Assembly: GCA_007117035.1 (NCBI GenBank)
Contig: SKHG01000036.1
Location: forward strand, 7,595 to 71,594
Reading direction: 5' to 3'
Source of the DNA: Candidatus Campbellbacteria bacterium
GTDB taxonomy: Bacteria; Patescibacteriota; Minisyncoccia; Phycocordibacterales; CSBR16-193
DNA length: 64,000 bases
Within the stretch, counting starts at the first letter, position 1. The number at the start of each line of letters is the position of its first letter. This document shows, in pieces, positions 20,729 through 30,238 of this stretch. The notes below the pieces were generated by a model that saw only the letters and a list, made by a program, of their open reading frames with translations, made no database searches and had not been told where the DNA came from. Made by a program: the position numbers and the translations under genes.

Positions 20729-22192
20729 ATGTCAACACTGGAAGAGATTCGTTTAGTTAGACTAAAAAAACGTCAAAAATTCTTCGATGACGGTTCTTGT
20801 CCTTACCCCAACAAAACTAACAGAGACACAACTATACAAGAAGCAGTAGAAAGGTTTACTGAACTTCTGGAGTCAGGTGAAAAAAAAGTCCTAGTTGGTC
20901 GTGTTATGTCTGTTCGTGGACAAGGGGCTATTTCTTTTGTAAACATTTCTGATGGAACTGGTGATTTTCAAGCTGTTCTACACAAGGGGGAGATAGATGA
21001 CGAAAAGTTAAAAATGTTCAAAGACTTAGTTGATCTAGGTGACTTTATTGAAATTGACGGAGAATTTTTTCTAACCAAACGCGGTAGCCCAAGTCTTAAA
21101 ATTAGAGACTGGAAAATGCTTTCTAAAAGTATTCGTCCTTTACCAGAGAAATGGCACGGATTGAAAAGTAATGAGGAAAGATACAGAAGAAGGTATCTAG
21201 ATATTCTAATGAATCCTGATCTGAAGGATGTTTTTCAAAAAAAATCAGAATTCTGGCGATCGATAAGAACTTTTTTGGAGAAAAGGGATTTCTTTGAAGT
21301 TCAAACTCCGAGTCTAGAGTTAACTACTGGTGGAGCAGAGGCTAGACCATTTAAGACACATCACAACGACCTAGATCTTGATTTATATCTTAGAATATCA
21401 GTTGGTGAACTTTGGCAGAAGCGTTTGATGTCTGCGGGTTTTTCTAAAACATACGAGATTGGAAGAGTTTATCGTAATGAGGGTTCTAGCCCAGAACATC
21501 TTCAGGAATTTACCAATATGGAATTCTATGCTAGTTACATGAATTTTGATGATGGAAAAGAAATGGTTAAAGATCTGTATCGTACAGTTGCGCAGGAAGT
21601 TTTTGGAAAAACTGCATTTGAAACAAGAGGACATAAATTTGATCTAGCAGATGAATGGCCTGATCTAAACTACGTTAATACTATAAAGGAGATGACAGGA
21701 GTTAATGTCTTAGAAAGTTCTGAGTCAGATCTTCAGAAAAAGTTATCAGAACTAGAAATTGAGTATGAGGGGTCTGGTCGTGAAAGAATGATAGATTCAC
21801 TTTGGAAGTATTGTCGTAAACAAATTAGTGGACCAGCATTTTTGGTTGATCATCCCAAAGAAGTCGCACCGCTTTCTAAAACACACGAGGATGACCCGAG
21901 ATTGACTAGAACTTTTCAGATAATTCTAGCTGGTAGTGAAATTGGCCGAGGACATGCTGAACTAAATGATCCTGTTGATCAGGCTGATCGTTTTGCAGAG
22001 CAACAAAAATTAATTGAGGCGGGTGATGATGAGGCGATGATGCCAGATTGGGATTTTGTTGAGATGCTCGAGCACGGCATGCCACCGACTTTTGGATTTG
22101 GAGTAGGGGAGAGGTTGTTCTCATTTTTAGTTGATAAACCTATTCGAGAGGTAACCCTTTTTCCATTGATGCGTCCTAAAGATGATAAGTAG
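20729..22192 (+). CDS. lysS: lysyl-tRNA synthetase, class II
   Basis: OB-fold N-terminus (GRVMSVRGQGAISF); class II motifs FEVQTP and YEIGRVYRNEG. Confidence 0.85.
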   Translation: MSTLEEIRLVRLKKRQKFFDDGSCPYPNKTNRDTTIQEAVERFTELLESGEKKVLVGRVMSVRGQGAISFVNISDGTGDFQAVLHKGEIDDEKLKMFKDLVDLGDFIEIDGEFFLTKRGSPSLKIRDWKMLSKSIRPLPEKWHGLKSNEERYRRRYLDILMNPDLKDVFQKKSEFWRSIRTFLEKRDFFEVQTPSLELTTGGAEARPFKTHHNDLDLDLYLRISVGELWQKRLMSAGFSKTYEIGRVYRNEGSSPEHLQEFTNMEFYASYMNFDDGKEMVKDLYRTVAQEVFGKTAFETRGHKFDLADEWPDLNYVNTIKEMTGVNVLESSESDLQKKLSELEIEYEGSGRERMIDSLWKYCRKQISGPAFLVDHPKEVAPLSKTHEDDPRLTRTFQIILAGSEIGRGHAELNDPVDQADRFAEQQKLIEAGDDEAMMPDWDFVEMLEHGMPPTFGFGVGERLFSFLVDKPIREVTLFPLMRPKDDK

Positions 22193-22257
22193 ACCACTCT
22201 TTTTTTAGGATCTATTTTAGATATCCATATGTCTATTACGTAAACTATTAATTATCG

Positions 22258-22902
22258 ATGAAACTGAGTTTATATATAACAACAGTTGTACTAATAGTTT
22301 TGTTGATTTTATTCCATCTTAATTTTTTTGATTTATGGCAGATCTCTCCTGAAACGATTGAAGATTATGTGAAAGGTTTTGGTTTTTGGGGGCCTGTAAT
22401 TTTGATCGGATTATATATTTTCACTGCAGTTTTTATGTTACCTGTTTTACCACTTACTGTGGCAGGTGGTGTACTGTTTGGTTTTGTGCCTGGATCACTC
22501 TATAGCATGATAGGTATGATTATTGGTTCAGCTTTAGTTTTCTTTTCGGCTAGGTCGTTTGCATCTATTCCGATAAAGAATTTTTTACTTAAGTATACTG
22601 AAAAATTTTATTATTATTATCAAAAACTAGGCCAAAGTGGTTTTCCGGCTGTTTTTGTTTCTCGCTTGATTCCTGTAGCGCCTTTTAATATTTTGACCTT
22701 GGTCTTAGCTTTAACATCGATAAGATCTAAGGATTTTGTTTACGGAACTATTGTGGGAGTTTTCCCGGCTACCTTACTATATAGTTATGTTGGTTTGTCG
22801 TTGATGACTTTTGATGTACTACAAATAATTTTTGCTTTTTTGCTTTTAAAACTGTTTTTAATTCTGGTTTATAAATATCGTAAGGAGGTTTTTAAACTCT
22901 AG
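22258..22902 (+). CDS. DedA/TVP38 (SNARE-associated) family membrane protein
   Basis: VSRLIPVAPFNILTLVLALTSI motif; ~6 TM. Confidence 0.65.
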   Translation: MKLSLYITTVVLIVLLILFHLNFFDLWQISPETIEDYVKGFGFWGPVILIGLYIFTAVFMLPVLPLTVAGGVLFGFVPGSLYSMIGMIIGSALVFFSARSFASIPIKNFLLKYTEKFYYYYQKLGQSGFPAVFVSRLIPVAPFNILTLVLALTSIRSKDFVYGTIVGVFPATLLYSYVGLSLMTFDVLQIIFAFLLLKLFLILVYKYRKEVFKL

Positions 22903-22975
22903 TTTCTTATCTCTATTTAAGCTAATAAACAAATAAAATTAATGGATTTTTACGAACCGCTCTATCTATTAGGGT

Positions 22976-23043
22976 GTGGATAACTGTTTTGTATTGTGGG
23001 ATAAAGTGGTATATAATTGTAGCTAAGTGGGATGAAGTGGAAT
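22976..23043 (+). promoter_or_regulatory. putative MraZ operator: five GTGG(G/A)AT direct repeats with ~10/21-bp phasing, overlapping a TATAAT -10 (23012-23017)
   Basis: Repeats at 22976, 22997, 23006, 23027 and 23037 read directly; MraZ proteins bind phased GTGG/TGGG repeats upstream of mraZ. Confidence 0.5.
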
Positions 23044-23062
23044 AATCTCACAATAAGCGCTT

Positions 23063-23497
23063 ATGTTAATAGGAGAGTACACTCACACTTTAGATAGTAA
23101 AAAACGGAGTTCTCTTCCGTCGCGTTTTCGCAAAGAACTTGGTAAAAAGTTAGTTGCAACACACGGACTTGATCACTGTCTTTTTCTATATCCACAGAAA
23201 GAGTGGGATAAAATCTCTTCTAAAATAGCAGACCTTGGTATGGCACATGCTGACACACGAGGTTTCAACCGTTTTATCCTAGCTGGAGCGGTTGAGTTAG
23301 AGGTTGATAGCGCTGGTCGAATTCTTCTTCCTGAGTTTTTGTGCAAATTCGCTGGTTTGAAGGATAAAGTTGTTTTTGCCGGAGTACATAATCGAGTTGA
23401 AGTCTGGGATAAACTACGATGGCAGAAGTATAAGCAACAGATCGAGGATCAGGCTGAAGAGATGTCAGAAAAGTTGGGTCAGGCTGGGATGCTTTAA
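23063..23497 (+). CDS. mraZ: transcriptional regulator MraZ
   Basis: Two-repeat architecture; N-terminal YTHTLDSKKRSSLP; DxxxR motifs. Confidence 0.85.
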   Translation: MLIGEYTHTLDSKKRSSLPSRFRKELGKKLVATHGLDHCLFLYPQKEWDKISSKIADLGMAHADTRGFNRFILAGAVELEVDSAGRILLPEFLCKFAGLKDKVVFAGVHNRVEVWDKLRWQKYKQQIEDQAEEMSEKLGQAGML

Positions 23498-23499
23498 TC

Positions 23500-24390
23500 A
23501 TGCACAAACCTGTTCTTTTACATGAAGTAGTTGAGGGTCTTGATATCAAAGATGGTGATACAGTCCTTGACGCAACAGTTGGTAGTGGTGGGCATTCATT
23601 TGAAATTTGTTCAAGTTACAAAGATATTAATTTAGTAGCTTTTGATGCAGATTCGGAAGCCATCGAGAGATCGCAAAAAAAACTAGACAATTCTAGTTGT
23701 CAGAATATTTTGTTTTCAGTCTCACATTTTAATGAAACCGAAAAGAGTCTTAATGATCTAAGTATTGAGTATTTGGATAGAGCAATGCTAGATCTCGGGT
23801 TAAATTCGGAACAGTTAGAGGCTTCTGGTAGGGGATTTAGTTTTCAAAAAGATGAACCGCTTTTAATGACATTTGGAAAGTCAGCTAAAGATGATTTAAC
23901 TGCAAAGGATGTTGTTAATGATTGGTCTGAAGATTCCATAGAAGCAATTCTTTCTGGTTATGGAGAAGAGCGTTTTGCAAAGCGTATTGCAAAAGGAATT
24001 GTTTTAAGAAGAGAACTGAAGCCGATTGAAAAAGTTTTCGAATTAGTAGAGATAATTAACGAGAATACACCCACATGGTATCACCACAGGAGGATTCACC
24101 AAGCGACAAAAACTTTTCAAGCAATACGAATGGCAACAAATGACGAGATTGAGAGTTTGAGAAAAATTTTAGATGTTGTTTATCGAAAGCTTCGAGTTGG
24201 TGGACGAATTGCAGTCATTTCTTTTCATAGTATAGAAGACCGATTAGTTAAAAGATATTTCCGGTCACTAGCTGTTGAAGGTAATGTTTTAATAATTAAA
24301 CCGTTTCCAATTGTTCCATCTATAACTGAGATAAAAGAAAACTCGCGAGCCAGAAGTGCAAAATTAAGAATAATTGAAAAAATAAAATGA
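23500..24390 (+). CDS. rsmH: 16S rRNA (cytosine1402-N4)-methyltransferase RsmH
   Basis: DATVGSGGHS SAM motif; position after mraZ. Confidence 0.85.
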   Translation: MHKPVLLHEVVEGLDIKDGDTVLDATVGSGGHSFEICSSYKDINLVAFDADSEAIERSQKKLDNSSCQNILFSVSHFNETEKSLNDLSIEYLDRAMLDLGLNSEQLEASGRGFSFQKDEPLLMTFGKSAKDDLTAKDVVNDWSEDSIEAILSGYGEERFAKRIAKGIVLRRELKPIEKVFELVEIINENTPTWYHHRRIHQATKTFQAIRMATNDEIESLRKILDVVYRKLRVGGRIAVISFHSIEDRLVKRYFRSLAVEGNVLIIKPFPIVPSITEIKENSRARSAKLRIIEKIK

Positions 24391-24710
24391 CAACATTAAC
24401 ATTAAGTAAACTTAAAATAGACATCTCAACCAGCCCATCAAATATATGGATCCTAGGTTCCTTTTTTATAATTATGCTTTTCCTATATACGATCTTAATG
24501 ATAGGTGTTGCTTCAAATACATCTGAAAGAGGTAATCTTGGTGTTTATCTGCCTATAATTTCAGCTGAAGTTAGTGATCTGGAGTTTAGTCACCTTGCTC
24601 TTAAAGGTGGAATCAATCGATCTTTGGTCGAGGAACGTGGGTTGGTTTTGGTTGATAATGTTGATTTTGTTTCTAGTTCGGCTTTGGGTCATCAGATTGA
24701 TTCATTCTAG
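24387..24710 (+). CDS. putative cell-division protein FtsL-like (single-pass membrane protein)
   Basis: 107 aa, one TM; position between rsmH and ftsI as in dcw clusters. Confidence 0.35.
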   Translation: MTTLTLSKLKIDISTSPSNIWILGSFFIIMLFLYTILMIGVASNTSERGNLGVYLPIISAEVSDLEFSHLALKGGINRSLVEERGLVLVDNVDFVSSSALGHQIDSF

Positions 24711-24735
24711 TTTTTTCTTACAGTAAAGGATTAAT

Positions 24736-26433
24736 ATGAATCTCAATGTGAGAATATGGATACTTTTTTCGGCACTTGTGTGTTTTTCCTTCTTATTGGT
24801 TGGACGCCTCTATTGGATTCAGATAATTTCCGGTCAGGAATTTGTCCAGCTGGCAGAGAATCAATTTGTTGTTCCAAACTATCATAACTACAGTCGTGGT
24901 GACATAGTTTTTAGTACAGTTAAAGGTGAACGTGTACCTATGGCTACTTTACGTTCCGGAAACATCCTAGCCTTAAATCCTCTTCTGATTATTGATCCTG
25001 AATATGTTTATAAAGAACTCTCATCTGTTATTGATGTGGATAAGGAGCGTTTTGATGTAGTTACATCACGAGAGGTAAACTATGTTGAGTTAAATAATCA
25101 TCTGAGTCTCGATGAAGGGCAAGCAATAAGGAAACTTGAACTAGAAGGAGTAACTCTACATCCTCAGTCTTGGCGATACTACCCAGGTGAGTCTATTGCA
25201 GCTCAGACAGTTGGTTTTATTGGCTTTCAAGGTAATGAACTAGCTGGAAGATATGGACTCGAAAGAAACTACGAAAGTGTACTAAGTCGAAGAAGCGATT
25301 CATACACTGTTAATTTTTTTGCTGAGATTTTTGCAAACATGAGTCATGAGATGTCTGATATGTCACACGTTGAAGGCGATGTTATTACATATTTAGAACC
25401 ATCACTACAATCAATGGTCGAGAATCGGTTACTAGAGTTTATGGATAAATGGCATGCGGAAGAAGTTGGTGCAATTGTTATGGATCCTGTTACAGGTTCA
25501 ATATTTTCATTCAGTTCTCTGCCTTCGTTTGATCCAAACGATTTTCGTAATGCGAAACCAGATCGTTACGCCAATCCTTTAGTCGAGAACGTTTATGAAA
25601 TGGGTTCAGTGATTAAAGCACTTACAATTGCTTCAGGTATAGATGCAGGAGTTATTTCACCACAGAGTAAGTATTACGATCATGGTTCGGTTAGAATTGA
25701 TGGATTTACTGTTTCTAACTTCGATGGTCGCTCAAGAGGTGAGATCGATATGCAGAAGGTTTTAAATGATTCAGTCAATACAGGTGTAGTTCATATTATG
25801 GAACTAATGGGGACTAATAGATTTGCACAGTATATGAAGGATTTTGGTTTTAGTGAAAAAACAGGAATTGACCTTCCGAACGAAGCAGAAAATATTATAA
25901 ACAATTTTGACAGCCCAAGGCGAATTGAGTATGCTACTGCTTCGTTTGGTCAAGGAATTGCTTTGACACCAATTGGTACAATAAGGGCGTTGTCTGCTCT
26001 TGCTAATGGTGGATTGGTTGTGGAGCCTCGTTTAGTTGAAAGGATAGAGTATAGTGATGGAACAATAGAGGAAATTGAAAAACCAAACCCGCGTAGAGTA
26101 ATATCTGAAGAAAGTTCAAGGTCTATAACTAGAATGCTGGTTAACACTGTTGACGAAGCTCTGGTTGGTGGATCATTTAAGAAAGATAGGTACTCGATAG
26201 CAGCAAAAACCGGAACAGCTCAAGTTGCTCATAAATTTGAGAGAGGTTACCAAGATGATGTTTTTCTCCACTCATTTTTTGGATATTTTCCAGCATATGA
26301 TCCTGAGTTTATAATCTTTCTTTATGCGGTCAATCCTAAAGATAGTCTGTATGCATCGCAAACATTAACAGAACCGTTTATTGACATCACAAATTTTATT
26401 ATTAACCATTACTCGATCTCACCAGACAGATAA
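24736..26433 (+). CDS. ftsI: penicillin-binding protein, FtsI-like transpeptidase
   Basis: N-terminal TM; SVIKA (SxxK) and KTGTA motifs; dcw position. Confidence 0.75.
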   Translation: MNLNVRIWILFSALVCFSFLLVGRLYWIQIISGQEFVQLAENQFVVPNYHNYSRGDIVFSTVKGERVPMATLRSGNILALNPLLIIDPEYVYKELSSVIDVDKERFDVVTSREVNYVELNNHLSLDEGQAIRKLELEGVTLHPQSWRYYPGESIAAQTVGFIGFQGNELAGRYGLERNYESVLSRRSDSYTVNFFAEIFANMSHEMSDMSHVEGDVITYLEPSLQSMVENRLLEFMDKWHAEEVGAIVMDPVTGSIFSFSSLPSFDPNDFRNAKPDRYANPLVENVYEMGSVIKALTIASGIDAGVISPQSKYYDHGSVRIDGFTVSNFDGRSRGEIDMQKVLNDSVNTGVVHIMELMGTNRFAQYMKDFGFSEKTGIDLPNEAENIINNFDSPRRIEYATASFGQGIALTPIGTIRALSALANGGLVVEPRLVERIEYSDGTIEEIEKPNPRRVISEESSRSITRMLVNTVDEALVGGSFKKDRYSIAAKTGTAQVAHKFERGYQDDVFLHSFFGYFPAYDPEFIIFLYAVNPKDSLYASQTLTEPFIDITNFIINHYSISPDR

Positions 26434-26436
26434 TAT

Positions 26437-27727
26437 TATGTATAAATTAAAAACAATATTTAAGGCAGTTGTACTAAAAATTCTGGAATGGGAGGGGCGT
26501 TTGGTTATAAAAAAATATAAACCAACCATAATTGCAATTACAGGTAATGTTGGAAAGACAACCACTAAAGACGCAATATATGAAGTCCTAGAAAAACTTT
26601 TCGATAATGTTAGAAAGAGTCCCAAAAGTTACAACAGTGACTTTGGTGTACCTCTTACAATTTTAGGTCGTAATACTGGCTGGAACAGTCCTTTAGCTTG
26701 GATTCTAAATATTCTAGCACCTATACCTCTCTTACTGTTTCCGATGAAATATCCAAATAAAATTGTACTTGAAGTTGGAGCTGATAAGCCGAATGATATA
26801 AAAAAAATATCTAGTTGGTTACATGCAGACAGGGTCGTGGTAACTCAAATGAGCTCCGTTCCTGTTCATATTGAAGCATTTGGTACTGTCGAAAGAATTA
26901 TTGAAGAAAAATCTGAGTTAATTAAAAGTATAAAGCGTGGTGGTTTGGTAATACTTAACGCAGATGACGAACACGCTCCAAAGTTTGCAGTTTTTTCAGA
27001 GAATAAACCGTTTTATGTTGGTTTTAGAAATTCAGCAGATCTTCAGGCTTCAAACTATCAAATAAACTATAATTCTGATGGTAGGCCTAGGGGTATAACC
27101 TTTAAAATTAATCATCGTGGAAGTTGTGCTCCAGTTTCAATTGATGGAGTGATTGGTAAGGGTTTTGTGTATCCAATTCTTTTTGCAACTGTTTTAGGTC
27201 TAAAAGAAGGAGGTAATTTAGTATCTGTTGGACAGGCTCTGTCTTCATTTAAGACTACACCTGGAAGAATGAGAATCCTAAAGGGGCAAAACGACTCTTC
27301 AATCATAGATGACTCATACAACTCATCTCCGCTTGCAGTTTTAAACGCACTAGACTGCTTGAGTGAGTTGCAATGTAGTGGACGTAAAATTGCTGTGTTG
27401 GGGGATATGCTGGAGCTTGGTGAATACAGTGAGGATCAACACCAAAAGATTGGCCGTTTATCTGGAGAAGTTGCAGATCTGGTAGTTGGAGTTGGAAAGA
27501 TGTCAGAAATTATTGTCGCTGAAGCAAAATTAGCTGGAGCTGAAACATTACTATTTAAGGACTCAAAGCAATCAATTTTAGGTTTGAAAGATGTTTTAAA
27601 ACCTGGTGATATTTGTTTAGTTAAAGGTTCTCAGTCTGTTCGTATGGAAAGATTAGTCTATGAGTTGGTAGAAAAGGAAGAAAGGGTAAATTTAGTTCGA
27701 CAAGATTTGGAATGGCAAAAAAAATAG
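26437..27727 (+). CDS. murF: Mur ligase family protein, most likely MurF
   Basis: ITGNVGKTTTKD P-loop of Mur ligases; central and C-terminal Mur ligase domains; ATG 26437 preferred over the track start 26381 (which overlaps ftsI). Confidence 0.6.
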
Positions 27728-27776
27728 TTAGTAATTCTTTTTACAACCAAAGAATAAGCTTGTTTTGATGCTCGTG

Positions 27777-28187
27777 TTAAAAAGTGAGTATGTTTTTTGG
27801 TAAAAGGTTTACACAATTTATTTCATTCAAATCAACCCATTTGAAGTCTATATGATCTTCTTGGGATATTATTTCAAGCCCGTCCTTTATTTCAGCCTCA
27901 AAAATTAAATTAATTTCATGATGCATTTTTTTATTTTCTTCATATGTATGTTCAAAATAATTTCTGAAGGAAATGTTAAATAGATCATCTTTTGATAGGG
28001 CTAGTTCTTCATTCATTTCTTTGTAAATTGTTTTTTCCACGGAGTCACCAAACTCAATGTGTCCTCCAGGAAGATAATAGTGTCCAGATTTTTTACTCAG
28101 ACATAATAAAATTTTTTTTTCTTTTTTTATAATAAGTCTGACTATGTTTTCAATATTGTTCATATGTATGAATACTATACTCTTCAT
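27777..28187 (-). CDS. NUDIX hydrolase
   Basis: Nudix box GGHIEFGDSVEKTIYKEMNEELAL (GX5EX7REUXEEXGU-like). Confidence 0.7.
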   Translation of the reverse strand: MKSIVFIHMNNIENIVRLIIKKEKKILLCLSKKSGHYYLPGGHIEFGDSVEKTIYKEMNEELALSKDDLFNISFRNYFEHTYEENKKMHHEINLIFEAEIKDGLEIISQEDHIDFKWVDLNEINCVNLLPKNILTF

Positions 28188-28233
28188 CTCTTATCTTGTA
28201 TCTAATTATGATTAGTTTGCATGTACATGGTTT

Positions 28234-29049
28234 CTATAGAACCATTAAGATAAATGGCAGACATACATATATAATTATGTCTGCAGAGAAATGGGCAATC
28301 ATTGCTGACTCTAATCCCTTTTTCCAATAAAGCCAACCAAAAACTATTCCAGCAATTCCGTTAAGTAACAGCGCACGGAAAATTATTAACGGAGTTATTG
28401 TTACTAATTCTGAAGTAATGGGTAAGTGCCCTATGCCAAACAAAAGTGCTGCAACAATAATTGCTGTCCATACAATTAAATTGTTTTCAATAATTTTACC
28501 TTTCGAACCTATTATTTTAGTGAGCAACCAAACTATGAATGTCATAAAAAATAATCTCATAACGATCTCTTCGTTAATGCCGCCATAAAATGATGCGAGG
28601 AATCCTTGCCAGATTGGAACGGAAATTTCTTTAAATATACTTTCTAAACCAACTCGGGATAATATTAAGTCAAACAATATAATAGCAACACCAGTTAAGG
28701 AACCAAGTATGACGGAAATTTTAATGAGTGGTTTTACATTGAAATCAATTTTTTCTTTGGCAACAAGTTTTTCGACAATAGGTATTTGAAAACCTAATTT
28801 GGTAGATAATTTTAATCCAATAAAAATCAGAATGGCAAATAATAAAGCACTCTGCGCTACTATAATTAGCATTGTAAGCGGTAGCGGCATAGGTACATCG
28901 TTTAATAACTCACCTTGAATGTTCAAAATAAAAGGTATTATTGCGAGAATAGAAATAATACTTGCAGATAATATAGTAAAATACAATTTCCAATTAACTA
29001 TGGTTTTGATGTTCATAAATATTAATTTTAAAATAAAGTCTTTAATCAA
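28234..29049 (-). CDS. CPBP-family intramembrane metalloprotease (CAAX protease/Abi-like)
   Basis: EEIVMRLFF (EExxxR), FGIGHLP (FxxxH) and HFSADII motifs; ~7 TM. Confidence 0.7.
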   Translation of the reverse strand: MIKDFILKLIFMNIKTIVNWKLYFTILSASIISILAIIPFILNIQGELLNDVPMPLPLTMLIIVAQSALLFAILIFIGLKLSTKLGFQIPIVEKLVAKEKIDFNVKPLIKISVILGSLTGVAIILFDLILSRVGLESIFKEISVPIWQGFLASFYGGINEEIVMRLFFMTFIVWLLTKIIGSKGKIIENNLIVWTAIIVAALLFGIGHLPITSELVTITPLIIFRALLLNGIAGIVFGWLYWKKGLESAMIAHFSADIIIYVCLPFILMVL

Positions 29050-29145
29050 CTTCTTAGGAAACTATACTACATTTTAAAGATTATGCACTTCTCTCGTGCA
29101 CCCTTAAAAGCTATGTTTTTAGTGCGTTTGAATAGCGCACGACTC

Positions 29146-29219
29146 GGTGACCCTACCGGGAATCGAACCCGGATTTCAAGCTTGAGAAGCTTACGTCCTA
29201 ACCGTTAGACGATAGGGCC
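29146..29219 (-). tRNA. tRNA-Glu (anticodon CTC)
   Basis: Reverse complement GGCCCTATCGTCTAACGGTTAGGACG-TAAGC-TTCTCAA-GCTTG-AAA-TCCGGGTTCGATTCCCGG-TAGGGTC-ACC folds as a cloverleaf: 7-bp acceptor stem with one G.U pair, Glu-like D-loop, T-loop GGTTCGATTCC, anticodon loop TTCTCAA. Confidence 0.85.
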
Positions 29220-29579
29220 ATATGACTTTCAAGAAAATTGAAAGCAAAAAAATAATAACACATATTGAACTAAAGATAAATAACACTATCAACAGATTTG
29301 GATTGACAAATATCTATTTTAATATATTTTATAATAGATGGAATACATGAGCCGAAAGCTAAATAATATGAAGAACACCTCAAGAAAATGTGGTGTGTAT
29401 TTCTCTGGTCTAACATCAGGCCATATCACAGGCATCTTTTTAGCCAAGGTTTTTGTATCTAACTGTAAAAATATTTAAATATATATTTAATAAAAATAGA
29501 AAAACCTCGGCTGAACAGAAGTCGAGGTTTTTGTTTAGTAAGGTCTTATTAGTCAGTTCTTTAGAAAGGAGAAAATATT

Positions 29580-30170
29580 ATGAATCAGGATACAAAGTCA
29601 GTTGTCTTCCTGCAAGGCCCAAATGTGGTCTTGCGACCTATTATGAGAGACGATATACCAGATTTATTGCATTGGATCAATGATCCGAAAGTTAATAGAT
29701 ATATATCGTCGGTTATGCCGATAATGGAGGTTGATGAAGAAGAATGGTTTGAGAAACTTCCTAAACGTAAACCTAAAGATATAGTCTTAGGTATTGTCGT
29801 GGAAGGAAAGTTGATTGGCAATATGGGTCTACACGATATTGATTCAATTGCTCGAACTGCCACAACCGGTGCTTTAATTGGCGAAAGCCAGTACTGGGGT
29901 CGAGGTTTTGGAACTGAAGCGAAGATGATTCTGTTGAACTATGCTTTCAACACTCTTAACCTTCGCAAGATCTGTTCCTCCGTCATCGCTTTTAATGAGC
30001 GGAGTCGTCGGTATAGTGAAAAGTGTGGTTATACACTTGAAGGTATTAGAAAGCAACAGTTCTATAAAGAAGGGCAATATTGGGATGAGATCATGCTGTC
30101 TGTCTTTAAGGATAGTTGGACACCGTTATGGTCAGAGTTTTTGAAACAAAACGGAATGATTCAACAATGA
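29580..30170 (+). CDS. GNAT-family N-acetyltransferase (RimL/RimJ-like)
   Basis: GAAAGGAG RBS; acetyl-CoA binding region QYWGRGFGTEA; ~190 aa GNAT fold. Confidence 0.75.
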   Translation: MNQDTKSVVFLQGPNVVLRPIMRDDIPDLLHWINDPKVNRYISSVMPIMEVDEEEWFEKLPKRKPKDIVLGIVVEGKLIGNMGLHDIDSIARTATTGALIGESQYWGRGFGTEAKMILLNYAFNTLNLRKICSSVIAFNERSRRYSEKCGYTLEGIRKQQFYKEGQYWDEIMLSVFKDSWTPLWSEFLKQNGMIQQ

Positions 30171-30175
30171 CACCA

Positions 30176-30210
30176 AGAGTCTCCACAAATGTGGAGACTC
30201 TTTTTTTTTC
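30176..30210 (+). terminator. rho-independent terminator (agagtctccacaaatgtggagactct plus T9)
   Basis: 11-bp perfect stem and T-run read directly; lies inside the 5' extension of the track ORF 30116, arguing for the 30239 start. Confidence 0.75.
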
Positions 30211-30238
30211 AATTTTGATATGTGATATAATCACAAGT

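Noticed and set aside
29453-29683. 76-aa plus-strand ORF spanning the GNAT upstream region
   Set aside because: It runs through a terminator-like hairpin and overlaps the GNAT start, which has a far better RBS (GAAAGGAG); it has no coding signature.
30116-30238. N-terminal extension of the PGI/PMI ORF (track start 30116) overlapping the GNAT gene
   Set aside because: The extension overlaps the GNAT stop and contains the GNAT's intrinsic terminator hairpin (30176-30210). In-frame ATG 30239 follows the terminator and gives a sensible N-terminus.
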